The notes: a model not told the origin generated them from the sequence alone. 64,000 nt of DNA from Macrostomum lignano (GCA_002269645.1 NIVC01000403.1:62001-126000), one strand, 5' to 3'. Positions 46,273-59,000 are shown, counted from the stretch's first letter. Made by a program: numbers and translations.

Positions 46273-46656
46273 ATGTTAGACGCTGTTGAAGCTGAAGCAC
46301 ACAGCTTTGCCTTCAGCCCTCGACGCTGTTGCGCCAGCACCTGCGATGGCACCGCCCTCTCGCCGCCCGGCCCGGACGGCGCCCCGGTCCGGCTGCATCC
46401 GTTTCCGCGAGACGACGCTACCGCACTACGCTGGCGGTCAATCCTAGAGCTGACGCCGGTACCGCTAGAAGAGATTCGCCGACGCGGCTTGAAGGTTTGC
46501 AGTCGGCATTTTGACCCAGCCGACTACACGCAGTCCCGGCCCGCTCCTGTGGCGGTTCGCGGCGGCAACTCGGTCACGAGCCGGCTGAAGCAAGGCGCCA
46601 TCCCGCTGCTTGAGCTGGTGCTGCCGCGCCTGACGCGCATTATTGTCAATAATTGA
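46273..46656 (+). CDS. Small THAP-domain (C2CH zinc finger) protein, about 127 aa, single exon as predicted
   Basis: RRCCASTC...LHPFPRD.....RW...L......LKVCSRHFDPADY and LKQGAIP are the THAP signature (C-C-P-W-C-H-F-P). The first ATG is at 46273. The 3' end is uncertain. Confidence 0.8.
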   Translation: MLDAVEAEAHSFAFSPRRCCASTCDGTALSPPGPDGAPVRLHPFPRDDATALRWRSILELTPVPLEEIRRRGLKVCSRHFDPADYTQSRPAPVAVRGGNSVTSRLKQGAIPLLELVLPRLTRIIVNN

Positions 46657-47460
46657 CGACCCGAAACCACGGCGCAGAGCTGCAGGGCGCAGTACTGGCA
46701 ATAACGACGACGACAGCAACTCGCCGCCAACTCTGCAGCGAGTCTGCATGCGTCAGCATGTGCGCAAATCATACTACTCACGAAAATCGTGATCAAAGAG
46801 AAAATTTGTTTTATATTGCTGGATTTCGAGTGTCTGCCTATATTTCCTACACAAATTCCTACATGATCACTGAGTTATAACTTCTCAATATGTTAACAGG
46901 TTTTTTGTGTACTTTAAAGCCCCCCTTAGGAGCGAATGTATAGCTTCCCTAACTGCATATGAATTGCCTTGCTTGCTCTTAAAAATGTTCAAAAATCCTT
47001 CATACAAGTATATTCTTCCTGTAGTTATTTTGCCGTTTTGTTGTGTTTTTACAAATAAAAAACTGCTGTTTACCGTTAGTTTATTCACATTGTTTAAAAT
47101 AATTGACAAGCAATTCAGGTTTTTTAATGTCCAGGTGACGGCCAAAAAAGCTTTTTTTGCAGAAAATGCAATAGCGACAGCCAGTAAGTGAATCCTTTTC
47201 AGAGCAGGCCAGTTGAAAAATGTTACCAAATTTATTTAGTATTTTCGACATCTGTTTCTAAGAAAACAGCGAGGGCGTTCCGTCTGGACAGGTTAAACAG
47301 CGAACAAACAAAAAACTATTTTAACAAGCATCTGCAACTATAACCCACTATGACATAATAATACTTGCGCAAAACAAGATTATAGCAAAATGTTCATTAA
47401 CTCTACTAACAGTAGTTTGCGATAAATTAATTTTAGGAAAAACTACATTTTAACTTTCAG

Positions 47461-49845
47461 TCAAAGTTTTAATACTCGACCCTGCTGGAAAGGATCGTTC
47501 CTACTGGCACTATTTAGCTCAGTTTTAGCCCGGCCATAGCACAATTTAGTCTGCTTCTTCTGCTGCCGCCTGGCCCGCTGGTGCTCCTTGACCAGGCGTT
47601 TCCGTTCGCGTTTGTCCGAGACGCCAGCCAGTTTGATGGCCAGAGCCGAGGCTGCCGACTGTCGCTCTGAATTGGCGTCCCCTTCTGCCGTTTCGGCGTC
47701 GCTAGTCGCCTCTCCTTCCTCGTCTTCTTCATCATCATCAACGTTGTCGTCTTCCTGCCCGTGAGGCCGGCGTTCAACAGCGTCTAGCAGGGCGGGCATG
47801 TTCCGCCGACTTTTACATGTGCTGTCGCCGCTGCAGCCGATAAGGGCGCCGGCGGACGGCAGCAGCTTGGGTGCGGCGGCCGCGGCCACAGTCGGACCCC
47901 ACAGACTTAGCTCTTCGTCCGTGTCCAACGATGAAGCGTCTTCGTCGTCGATATCGTCAGCATCTCCGTCGCCTACTTCGGCTGTCGCGGCCAGAATTCG
48001 CAGAGTATCGCTAGCCGGCAGTCGACCAGCGTCCAGCGTTTCCTTGGTGATGGATGCCGAGGCCAGCTCTTTGTCGTGCCGTTCCAGAACCTGGCAATTT
48101 CAATAAAAATACAAAATAATGTTTACTATCCTACTGTAGTAGTATGTAGTGAAAGTAAGCCGATATTTTATTTGTAAGGATTGAAGCATCACGTGACAAA
48201 CATTGCTAAAAACGGGGCAAAGAAATAAAATTGTACATATGTTTTTAAGCGACAGAACGTACATTTTGCCAGTCAGACAAATAATGTACGTGGCTTCACT
48301 CCACTCCCCCACGGGGCAGTAAAAAAATCAAGTCAGGGAAGCCGAGGCTTGCATTAAATAACATATGCTCTCCTATGTACATTCACCTATGTACAAATTT
48401 GATCACGTGACTGCTTTTCCATCTATCCATCCTCTTATCTTTGTATTTGCGTGAAACAAGTGTGGAATAATCTCACTAAACAAGTGCATTGTATATGTAA
48501 TATGTATTTTGTTTAGGATAGACGCCATTATTCCACACTTATACCACACTTAAGCAAAGATAAGGAGAGGCAGATAAATAAACGTGGGAAAGTAGTCAAG
48601 TACATTGGGTGGGTGGAATTACACAGTTTCAGTTTCGACTTGCCATTGCGTCTAGGTGAAAGTTCTATTTAAATGCTCACTAGTAATAAAGTTTACAGGC
48701 TTAAGATATATATTCAAATAGTCGAAATTGTTAAAGTTTCGAAATAGCGGAAGTAACCGAATTTTTTTATATTTAAAAAAAGAAATTAATACTACTGAAT
48801 GTTAAGTAGCTTACTAGGATATGGGAAACTAATCTAGGGCATCCTGTCTAAAAGTTAACAACAAATTTTCGACCAAAAAGTTCAGACTCACCTGATAGAG
48901 CGACTTGGTCATGACTGATCCACAGTCGTCGTCCACCGCGCCCGGATCCTCGTCATCGTCCAGATTGTCGGCGGCCATCGGATCCGCTGAATCGCGTTGG
49001 AATTCGCGCAACAAGCGGTCAAATTGGTCCTCAATGACCTCCTCATGGTAAGTGAGGGGCCGGCCTCGCCTGCTGGTGGCCACGGAAGCCGCTGGCGCCG
49101 GCCTGTCAGCCTCCCCAGCATCTTCTTCATCAGCATCCTCGTCGTCCTCGTCGCCTTCTTCGTCAAAGAATCGATTGAAAATGTCGCGCTTGGAGGCGGC
49201 CGCGGCGCCGGGTCCAACCAGAGGCCGCCTGGCCCGGCCGTCCGCGTCCGGAGCGCTGGCCAGCGCCACAAAGTCGTCTTCGATTTCGCCTTCTTCAACT
49301 ATCTCGCCGCCGACTTCGCCGTCCCAATCGTTGTCATCGGCTTCGCCGGCCTCGGCCGCAGCGATCGCCTCGGCAATTTCCGGATCGAAGAATTCTTCGC
49401 CGTCCGCGTCGCCGTCGCCGTCCTCTAGAACTTCGGCTAGCCGCGGCGGCTCATTCGGCAGCAATTCGATTGGCAGGACGAAGCTTTGAGCAGCCTGAGC
49501 CTGAACAAGACGAGCGCGAGCCGAGGCGGCGGTCACTGAGGACTCTCCGCCATCGTCCGGCCAGCAGGAGTCGTCGTCGCCTTCGTCCTCGCCGTCACTG
49601 TCGCTCTCCTGTTCAACAATCGGCGCGCCACTTCTAGGCTTCAAATGCTGCATATAGTCGTAGTCGTCCTCGTAAAAGATGCCGTACTTTCTTCGCTCCT
49701 TCAGCCTGCGGCCTCGTTCAACCTCGACCATGGCCACCTGCGGCATGGCGGCGTCGCCGCACATGACGTCATTCTGGGCGCGGTCGAACAGGTGCCAAGT
49801 GACCGCGCTCTTCTTGTCGATGAACTTCGCTTTGCGCTTCGGCAT
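47461..49845 (-). CDS. LTV1: Protein LTV1 homolog (pre-40S assembly factor), 2 exons: 49845-48892, 48090-47461; 527 aa
   Basis: MPKRKAKFIDKKSAVTWHLFDRAQND...RRKYGIFYEDDYDYMQHLK, EIEDDFVALA, and the C-terminal KRERKRLVKEHQRARRQQKKQTK...LKL match the LTV1 family. Junction CAG|GTGAGT ... TTGCCAG|GTT is phase 0; total 1584 nt. Confidence 0.9.
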
Positions 49846-49959
49846 GCAGAAAGAGAATTTATGATGAATATTTTGAAGATATTTAGAATGAGGACACAGC
49901 TTTATTGGATAAATGCAAGCCAACTGAACACTAAAAATGGAACAGTGAGGATTTGAGAG

Positions 49960-50465
49960 GGTTGTCGGATCTACCGAGGATCTGATAGGGTATTGGGATC
50001 TATCTGAAGATCTAGGAGAGTAGTAGGATCTACCTGAGGATCTGGGAGGGTAGGGAGATGTACCTGAGGATCTGGGAGGGTAGTGAGATCTACCTGAGGA
50101 TCTGGGAGGGTAGTGAGATCTACCTGAGGATCTGGGAGGGTAGTGAGATGTACCTGAGGATCTGGGAGGGTAGTGAGATGTACCTGAGGATCTGGGAGGG
50201 TAGGGAGATCTACCTGAGGATCTGGGAGGGTAGGGAGATCTACCTGAGGATCTGGGAGGGTAGTGAGATGTACCTGAGGATCTGGGAGGGTAGGGAGATG
50301 TACCTGAGGATCTGGGAGGGTAGTGAGATGTACCTGAGGATCTGGGAGGGTAGGGAGATCTACCTGAGGATCTGGGAGGGTAGTGAGATGTACCTGAGGA
50401 TCTGGGAGGGTAGGGAGATGTACCTGAGGATCTGGGAGGGTAGGGAGATGTACCTGAGGATCTGG
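49960..50465. repeat. Minisatellite, 30-bp unit GATCTGGGAGGGTAG(T/G)GAGAT(G/C)TACCTGAG, upstream of LTV1
   Basis: About 14 clean copies plus degenerate copies on the left. Confidence 0.96.
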
Positions 50466-51209
50466 CAAAATCACAGACGCAGAACACGTAGGAAAAGCGC
50501 AAAGTTTCAGTTAAGAACTCAATAAATTCATGATTTGAAACACATCTTTATTCATGCTGCAAAACAAATAAATATGCTTACAATCGCAAAATCTAAATTT
50601 AGGCAATGTAAAAAACCACAGCTAAATAAGTAGTGAAATATAGGCTTCTCTCATTAAATCTGTTGGTTAACACAGTCTTTTAGGGAGCAGCAAATTTAGC
50701 TAAGTTGCAATGTAATAACACAGCCCGAAAAAATGGAAACCAAAGAGTCACGAAAAAAGCGGTAAACAGGTGACAAAGGAAAGGTGGCGCGGGGCTCTTT
50801 GGTATTGCAGCTACCGTATCAGTTACTCAGAACCGAGAATCATTACCGTCTGTTATTACTCGTATTATTATAAGTATTACAATTATTATTATTATTATTA
50901 TTCAGGTGTGCAATGATGGTTCTCAGGTTATTAAAAAGGTACAAGTAATTCTAGTAAATGGTGTAAAGTTTCTTTCACAGCAGAGCCAGTGATAAATCAA
51001 TCTGATCGAAGCGAAGGCAAAAAACCAGGATGAATACGAAAATTAGGGAATGGATATGTGAGTGACGCAATCTTCGACAGAGGAACAGCCTTCATATACG
51101 CTATTAAATTTGTACCGACCAAGTATGAAAAATAAGGATTAGGGATTAGACTATCAATTACTCGTAATTTAACATCGGCTTTTCACTAATAGCTGAAGTG
51201 TACATGCAT

Positions 51210-51960
51210 TGAGCAGGGGCTGAGGGGTTGGCAGTGTAGGTTGGGGAGGGGCTGAGGGGTTGGCAGTGTAGGTTGGGAAGGGGCTGAGGGGTTGGCTGTG
51301 TAGATTGGGGAGGGGCTGAGGGGTTGGCTGTGTAGATTGGGGAGGGGCTGAGGGGTTGGCTGTGTAGATTGGGGAGGGGCTGAGGGGTTGGCTGTGTAGA
51401 TTGGGGAGGGGCTGAGGGGTCGGCTGTGTAGATTGGGGAGGGGCTGAGGGGTTGGCTGTGTAGGTTGGGGAGGAGCTGAGGGGTCGGCTGTGTAGATTGG
51501 GGAGGGGCTGAGGGGTTGGCTGTGTAGATTGGGGAGGGGCTGAGGGGTTGGCTGTGTAGATTGGGGAGGGGCTGATGGGTTGGTTGTGTAGATTGGGGAT
51601 GGGCTGAGGGGTTGGCTGTGTAGATTGGGGAGGGGCTGAGGGGTTGGCTGTGTAGATTGGGGAGGGGCTGAGGGGTTGGCTGTGTACATTGGGGAAGGGG
51701 CTGATGGTTGGCTGAGTACATTGGGGAGGGACTGAGGGGTTGGCTGTGTACACTAGGAAGGGTTGGGGAGTTGGCTGTGTAGGTTGGGGAGGGGCTGAGG
51801 GGTTGGCTGTGTAGATTGGGGAGGGGCTGAGGGGTTGGCTGTGTAGATTGGGGATGGGCTGAGGGGTTGGCTGTGTAGATTGGGGAGGGGCTGAGGGGTT
51901 GGCTGTGTAGATTGGGGATGGGCTGAGGGGTTGGCTGTGTAGGTTGGGGAGGGGCTGAGG
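51210..51960. repeat. G-rich minisatellite, 32-bp unit GGCTGAGGGGTTGGCTGTGTAGATTGGGGAGG
   Basis: A 32-bp period is seen (51301 and 51333), with three G4 tracts per unit. Confidence 0.96.
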
Positions 51961-53069
51961 AATTAACTTTGTGCATGGGAGAGCGGGGGGCTTTTCCACT
52001 TTCTGAATAAGTTTTTTGCTAGGAGTTTTATCCACAGTCAGGGAACGCAAATAGTGGAGTGCAGTGGGAGCAATCTTAGCTCAATAATATCGGTACTATA
52101 TTAGATAAAGCCCAAACATTAAGGACAGTCTAACTAGAAGGCCATCAAAGAGAAGAGATTTAGTAAAAACGCTAATAAAGAATACGACACAGATAGGGCA
52201 CAGGAGTCTGACAAGCGTCATCATGTGACAGGATAGAAAAAGCAAAACACAACAGCAAATCGAACACAAAAAGAAACAGAACTGGACTGCCATTACGAGC
52301 TGATCAAGGAGCCGAATTTAGATCGTATTACGAGCGGCGAATAAAAACAGGACACAAGCGGGAGAGTGGGAGTACAAGAGGGGGCGGAGACGAGCAGTGG
52401 AGGGGAGAATTATTTATCATCAATGCCTCTCACAGATAGTTATTAGTATATAAAAAAAATTTGGCTAACAGTTAACCAACCTTTATACAGCAAACAGATA
52501 TTCCAGTTATTTAGATAATAAATTATACTAAAAACATGTTTAGTACGTCAATAAAATAACAATCGATATTAAACAACTCAATCATACGCATCTTTACTAT
52601 GCTGAGCAGGCTGGAAAAATGGATTGGAAAATATTAGGAGTTAGCGGTTTTATTTGGCCGCACAAAAAACTACTTGAATAGCCACAGCCAGATAGAAGTG
52701 AGAAATAGAAATATAATAATAAAGGCTTCTAGATGAGAACACTCAAGACGGATAGGCTGGCCAGGTTAGAACAGTTTTAAAGGCCTATAAAAACACAACT
52801 GTTTGCATTTGCACAGCCAAGACGCAGTCGGGAAATATTTTGAGTAATAAATAGACCAAACTAGTTTCTTTTTGCGTTGTCAAGGCGTAACTATATAAGA
52901 TAGATCAGAAGGCACGCAGTGCAAAACCGAATTTGCTTTGAAGAAAGAATATATCCGATTGCATTTAATATTAAGTGCAATTATTAGCCGCTAAGACTGT
53001 GAATTGCCAACACGTTTATTGTGTCTGCTTGATAGATGCACTATATAGGCGATGGTGTAATAGGCTGAG

Positions 53070-53820
53070 CCTGTGTACACTGGGAAGGGTGAGGAGTTGG
53101 CTGTTGTACACGGAGGAGGGTGAGGGGTTGCCTGTGTACACTGGGAAGGGTGAGAGGTGTACACTGGGAAGGGTAAGGGATAGGCTGTGTACATCTGGGG
53201 AGGGTGAGGGATAGGCTGTGTACATCTGGGGAGGGTGAGGGATAGGCTGTGTACATCTGGGGAGGGTGAGGGATAGGCTGTGTACATCTGGGGAGGGTGA
53301 GGAGTTGGCTGTTGTACACTGGCAAGGGTGAGGAGTTGGCTGTGTACACTGGGAAGGGTGAGGGGTTGCCTGTATACACTGGCAAGGGTGAGGAGTTGGC
53401 TGTTGTACACTGGCAAGGGTGAGGAGTTGGCTGTGTACACTGGGAAGGGTGAGGGGTTGCCTGTATACACTGGGAAGGGTGAGGAGTTGGCTGTTGTACA
53501 CGGAGGAGGGTGAGGGGTTGCCTGTGTACACTGGGAAGGGTGAGAGGTGTACACTGGGAAGGGTAAGGGATAGGCTGTGTACATCTGGGGAGGGTGAGGG
53601 ATAGGCTGTGTACATCTGGGGAGGGTGAGGGATAGGCTGTGTACATCTGGGGAGGGTGAGGGGTTGGCTGTGTACACTGGGAAGGGTGAGGGGTTGGCTG
53701 TGTACACTGGGGAGGGTGAGGGGTTGGCTGTGTACACTGGGAAGGGTTGGGGAGTTGGCTGTTGTACACTGGAAAGGGTGAGGGATAGGTTGTGTTGTGT
53801 ACATCTGGGGAGGGTGAGGG
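53070..53820. repeat. G-rich minisatellite of about 32-33 bp, GGCTGTGTACA(C/TC)TGGG(A/G)AGGGTGAGG..., with a 390-bp higher-order duplication
   Basis: The variant cggaggaggg occurs at 53111 and 53501. Confidence 0.93.
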
Positions 53821-54669
53821 ATAGGGGCATAATAGGTGGCATAATACTTATTTAATTGCTAATCTATATAACTAAATCTGATTATACCACTAATCTTACA
53901 TGGACAGTGCATTCGAACAGACAATGAGTTTCGAACCAAAATTGATATTAAAGTTAATAATCATTAGGCATTTTTCCATGCGTACAATCTTCAATTTTCT
54001 AAAGCTAGAATAATCTTATTGTAGTAAGTGTAGAAAAACAGTAGTTAAAGTATAAAAAATGAAAAAAAAAACAATAGAGAAAAGCAACTATCGAGCATAA
54101 GCGATACGCAAGAATTGAAATGAAAATCAAAATTTTGAAGCCCTGCTGTAGATAAGTAAATAAGCACACACCGCGCATGGTTGCCATCTCAGAAAAAAAT
54201 TAATCAGGCCGATAATATAATATAATTCAAAAGGCTACTCAAAGGCGGAATGGTCCCCAGTTGAAATTTGCTATATTACAATTTATAGTATCACAAAAGA
54301 ACTAGCGATTGGGTGCCAGACCAAACGGACAATCATGTAAATCAATATTACAGTATATAAAACGCATGTATCTAATAGGAAATATGCCACTTCATTTGTG
54401 CATACCGCAATATAATTTACTACTAAAACAAGCATTTAGTAAAGCCAGTGAGCGTACTATCGCTGAGGCATAAAGCCCAAATAGTTTTATAGGGCAGCCT
54501 TTGTTATTTACACAGTAGACAAAAATACTTGCTGTTTTCTATCATAACAGGAGCAACGAGCAAACACGAGATCAAAATAAATTGAAAAAATGGGCCAGAG
54601 AAACTAGCGCCGATTTGGTACAGGTAGTGCCACCTGAGCCTCAGTGTTAGCATGCCTTTGCGTTGCGGT

Positions 54670-55825
54670 AAGGGCAGGGGTCTTTCGGGGATGCATGTAC
54701 ATTGGGGTGAGGCGTAGGAGTTTGTTGGGAATGCATGTACATTGGGGTAAGGCGTAGGGGATGGTCGGGGATGCATGTACATTGGGGTGAGGCGTAGGAG
54801 TTTGTTGGGGATGCATGTACATTGGGGTGAGGCGTAGGAGTTTGTTGGGGATGCAAGTACATTGGGGTGAGGCGTAGGAGTTTGTTGGGGATGCATGTAC
54901 ATTGGGGTGAGGCGTAGGAGTTTGTTGGGGATGCATGTACATTGGGGTGAGGCGTAGGAGTTTGTTGGGGATGCATGTACATTGGGGTGAGGCGTAGGAG
55001 TTTGTTGGGGATGCATGTACATTGGGGTGAGGCGCAGGGGATGGTCGGGGATGCATGTACATTGGGGTAAGGCGTAGGGGATGGTCGGGGATGCATGTAC
55101 ATTGGGGTGAGGCGTAGGAGTTTGTTGGGGATGCATGTACATTGGGGTGAGGCGCAGGGGATGGTCGGGGATGCATGTACATTGGGGTGAGGCGTAGGGG
55201 ATGGTCGGGGATGCATGTACATTGGGGTGAGGCGTAGGAGTTTGTTGGGGATGCATGTACATTGGGGTGAGGCGTAGGAGTTTGTTGGGGATGCATGTAC
55301 ATTGGGGTGAGGCGTAGGAGTTTGTTGGGGATGCATGTACATTAGGGTGAGGCGTAGGAGTTTGTTGGGGATGCATGTACATTGGGGTGAGGCGTAGGAG
55401 TTTGTTGGGGATGCATGTACATTGGGGTGAGGCGTAGGAGTTTGTTGGGAATGCATGTACATTGGGGTAAGGCGTAGGGGATGGTCGGGGATGCATGTAC
55501 ATTGGGGTGAGGCGTAGGAGTTTGTTGGGGATGCATGTACATTGGGGTGAGGCGTAGGAGTTTGTTGGGGATGCATGTACATTAGGGTGAGGCGTAGGAG
55601 TTTGTTGGGGATGCATGTACATTAGGGTGAGGCGTAGGAGTTTGTTGGGGATGCATGTACATTGGGGTGAGGCGTAGGAGTTTGTTGGGGATGCATGTAC
55701 ATTGGGGTGAGGCCTAGGGGTTTGTTGGGGATGCATGTACATTGGGGTGAGCCTAGGGGTTTGTTGAGGATACATGTACATTGGGGTGAGGAGTAGGGGA
55801 TGGTCGGGGATGCATGTACATTGAG
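54670..55825. repeat. Minisatellite, 40-bp unit GATGCATGTACATTGGGGTGAGGCGTAGGAGTTTGTTGGG
   Basis: About 28 copies with two alternating variants. Confidence 0.97.
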
Positions 55826-56088
55826 ATGATGGGGTAAGGGTTTGATTTTCATAGGGTTTGATAAATTGTATGCAACGAGGTCTCGTATAGACAAAAATGA
55901 TTTAAATTGATTTTGGGCAGAACAAAGTGAACAAATGGGTAGGCAGGCAAGGGGAAAACACTGCATGAGATAAACAATAATAAGAACAATGACGCAGCAA
56001 TTACAGGGGTTTAGCCGAACAGATGGCGCTAGACACAATTGGGACTAACTTGAAACAGAGTGGGTCAGAGGTAGGGGAGGGGGGGAGG

Positions 56089-59000
56089 CTAAAGGGCCTC
56101 AGTGCAGAAGCGATGGCGCAGGAGGCTGTCCGCATCCGGCCTCTGCTCTAGGGCGTGAGTAAAACAAGCATCAATAAATTGTCGAGCAGTCTCGGTGACT
56201 TCGCTAGGCAGGGTGTAGTCAACTTTCTGATCGCTAACAATCCTGTATATGACGGAGACTGCATTTTCCAGCTGATGGTAAGGCGGATGTCCGGTAAGGA
56301 ATTCAACAACTGTGGAGCCCAACGACCAGATATCGGCTTTATAGTGATATTTCTTGCCCCTAATCACTTCGGGCGCGATGTAGGGCGCAGTTCCAGCAAA
56401 TGTTGTTGACATTGCCGATTGAAGCGTTTTAATGTGCTTCGCCGAGCCGAAGTCGGACAATTTTACATTGCCTTGACTGTCCTTCAGGATGTTGGCGCCT
56501 GGGTAAATTGTGTATTTGGAATGAATTTAAACAAGTATTTGATGCGTTAAACAGCCTCTATATCTAATGGACACAGACACATTGGACACACAGACATGCT
56601 TTCTATTTGACACAGACATGCTTTCTATTTGACACAGACATGCTTTCTATTGGACACAGACATGCTTTCTATTTGACACAGACATGCTTTCTATTTGACA
56701 CAGACATGCTTTCTATTTGACACACAGACATACTTTCTATTGGACACACAGACATACTTTCTATTGGACACACAGACATGCTTTCTATTTGACACAGACA
56801 TGCTTTCTATTTGACACAGACATGCTTTCTATTGGACACAGACATGCTTTCTATTTGACACACAGACATACTTTCTATTGGACACACAGACATACTTTCT
56901 ATTGGACACACAGACATACTTTCTATTGGACACACAGACATACTTTCTATTGGACACACAGACATGCTTTCTATTTGACACAGACATGCTTTCTATTTGA
57001 CACAGACATACTTTCTATTGGACACACAGACATGCTTTCTATTTGACACAGACATGCTTTCTATTTGACACAGACATGCTTTCTATTGGACACAGACATG
57101 CTTTCTATTTGACACAGACATGCTTTCTATTTGACACACAGACATACTTTCTATTGGACACACAGACATACTTTCTATTGGACACACAGACATGCTTTCT
57201 ATTTGACACAGACATGCTTTCTATTTGACACAGACATGCTTTCTATTGGACACAGACATGCTTTCTATTTGACACAGACATGCTTTCTATTTGACACAGA
57301 CATGCTTTCTATTTGACACAGACTAGACATGCTTTCTATTGGACACAGACATGCTTTCTATTTGACACAGACATGCTTTCTATTTGACACAGACATGCTT
57401 TCTATTTGACACAGACATGCTTTCTATTTGACACAGACATGCTTTCTATTGGACACAGACATGCTTTCTATTTGACACAGACATGCTTTCTATTTGACAC
57501 ACAGACATACTTTCTATTTGACACACAGACATACTTTCTATTGGACACACAGACATACTCTCTAATGGACACAGACATGCTCTCTATTGGACACAGACAT
57601 GCTTTCTTTTGGACACACAGACATACTCTCTAATGGACACAGACATGCTCTCTATTGGACACAGACATGCTCTCTATCGGACACACAGACATGCTCTCTA
57701 ATGGACACACAGACATGCTCTCTATTGGACACACACAGACATGCTCTCTATTGGACACACACAGACATGCTCTCTATTGGACACACACAGACATGCTCTT
57801 TATTGGACACAGACATGCTCTCTATTGGACACAGACATACTCTCTATTGGACACAGACATACTCTCTATTGGACACAGACATGCTCTCTATTGGACACAG
57901 ACATGCTCTCTATTGGACACACAGACATGCTCTCTATTGGACACAGACATGCTCTCTGTTGGACACACAGACATGCTCTCTATTGGACACACAGACATGC
58001 TCTTTGTTGGACACACAGACATGCTCTCTATTGGACGCACAGACATACTCTCTATTGGACACATAGACATGCTCTCTATTGGACACAGACATGCTCTCTA
58101 TTGGACACAGACATGCTCTCTATTGGACACAGACATGCTCTCTATTGGACACAGACATGCTCTCTGTTGGACACACAGACATGCTCTCTGTTGGACACAC
58201 AGACATGCTCTCTATTGGACACACAGACATGCTCTCTGTTGGACACAGACATGCTCTCTGTTGGACACACAGACATGCTCTCTGTTGGACACACAGACAT
58301 GCTCTCTATTGGACACACAGACATGCTCTCTATTGGACACACAGACATGCTCTCTGTTGGACACACAGACATGCTCTCTATTGGACACACAGACATGCTC
58401 TCTGTTGGACACACAGATATGCTCTCTATTGGACACACAGACATACTCTCTATTGGACACACACAGACATGCTCTTTATTAGACACAGTCAATAGAAAAG
58501 GTGTTAAAGGTGTTAGCCACAGCTTACCTTTAATGTCTCGGTGCACAATGGTGTTCCTATGAAGAAAGCTGAGTCCTTCCAGCACCATTCTGGTGTACTT
58601 TCTAGCCAGAATCTCCCTGATCGGGCCGAATCGTTTAATTTCGTCCCGCAAACTGCCACAGTCCATGTACTCCATAAAAATACACAGTCTATACGCATCC
58701 TGATGATAGCCTAGGTACTGTACAATGCGCTCGTGAGAAAATTTCTTCAACGTTTGAATTTCAATCTCCAGCGCTTTCACTTCGCGACTAGTGGCCGGAT
58801 CTTGATTAGCGTCTAATTGTACAACCTTCATGGCGAACAGGCGGCCCGAGTCCTGATCGTGGCATTTGTACACCTTGCCGAATGCGCCTTGGCCTAGCAG
58901 GTCGCCCTGTTTCCAATTATCCGGCGCCGCGGGAGCTGCAGGGTAGGTAAGGGAGTGTTGAGATTTTCGGAAAATAGTTGAGCTGTACGTTAAAGGTATA

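Noticed and set aside
44169-46656. THAP gene as part of a P-element or of the neighbouring TIR elements
   Set aside because: The THAP ORF lies outside both elements, and no transposase catalytic core follows it.
48184-48417. Possible MITE in the LTV1 intron (AAGCATCACGTGACAAA ... TTTGATCACGTGACTGCTT)
   Set aside because: The inverted match is short and gapped, centred on a palindromic CACGTG, and has no TSD.
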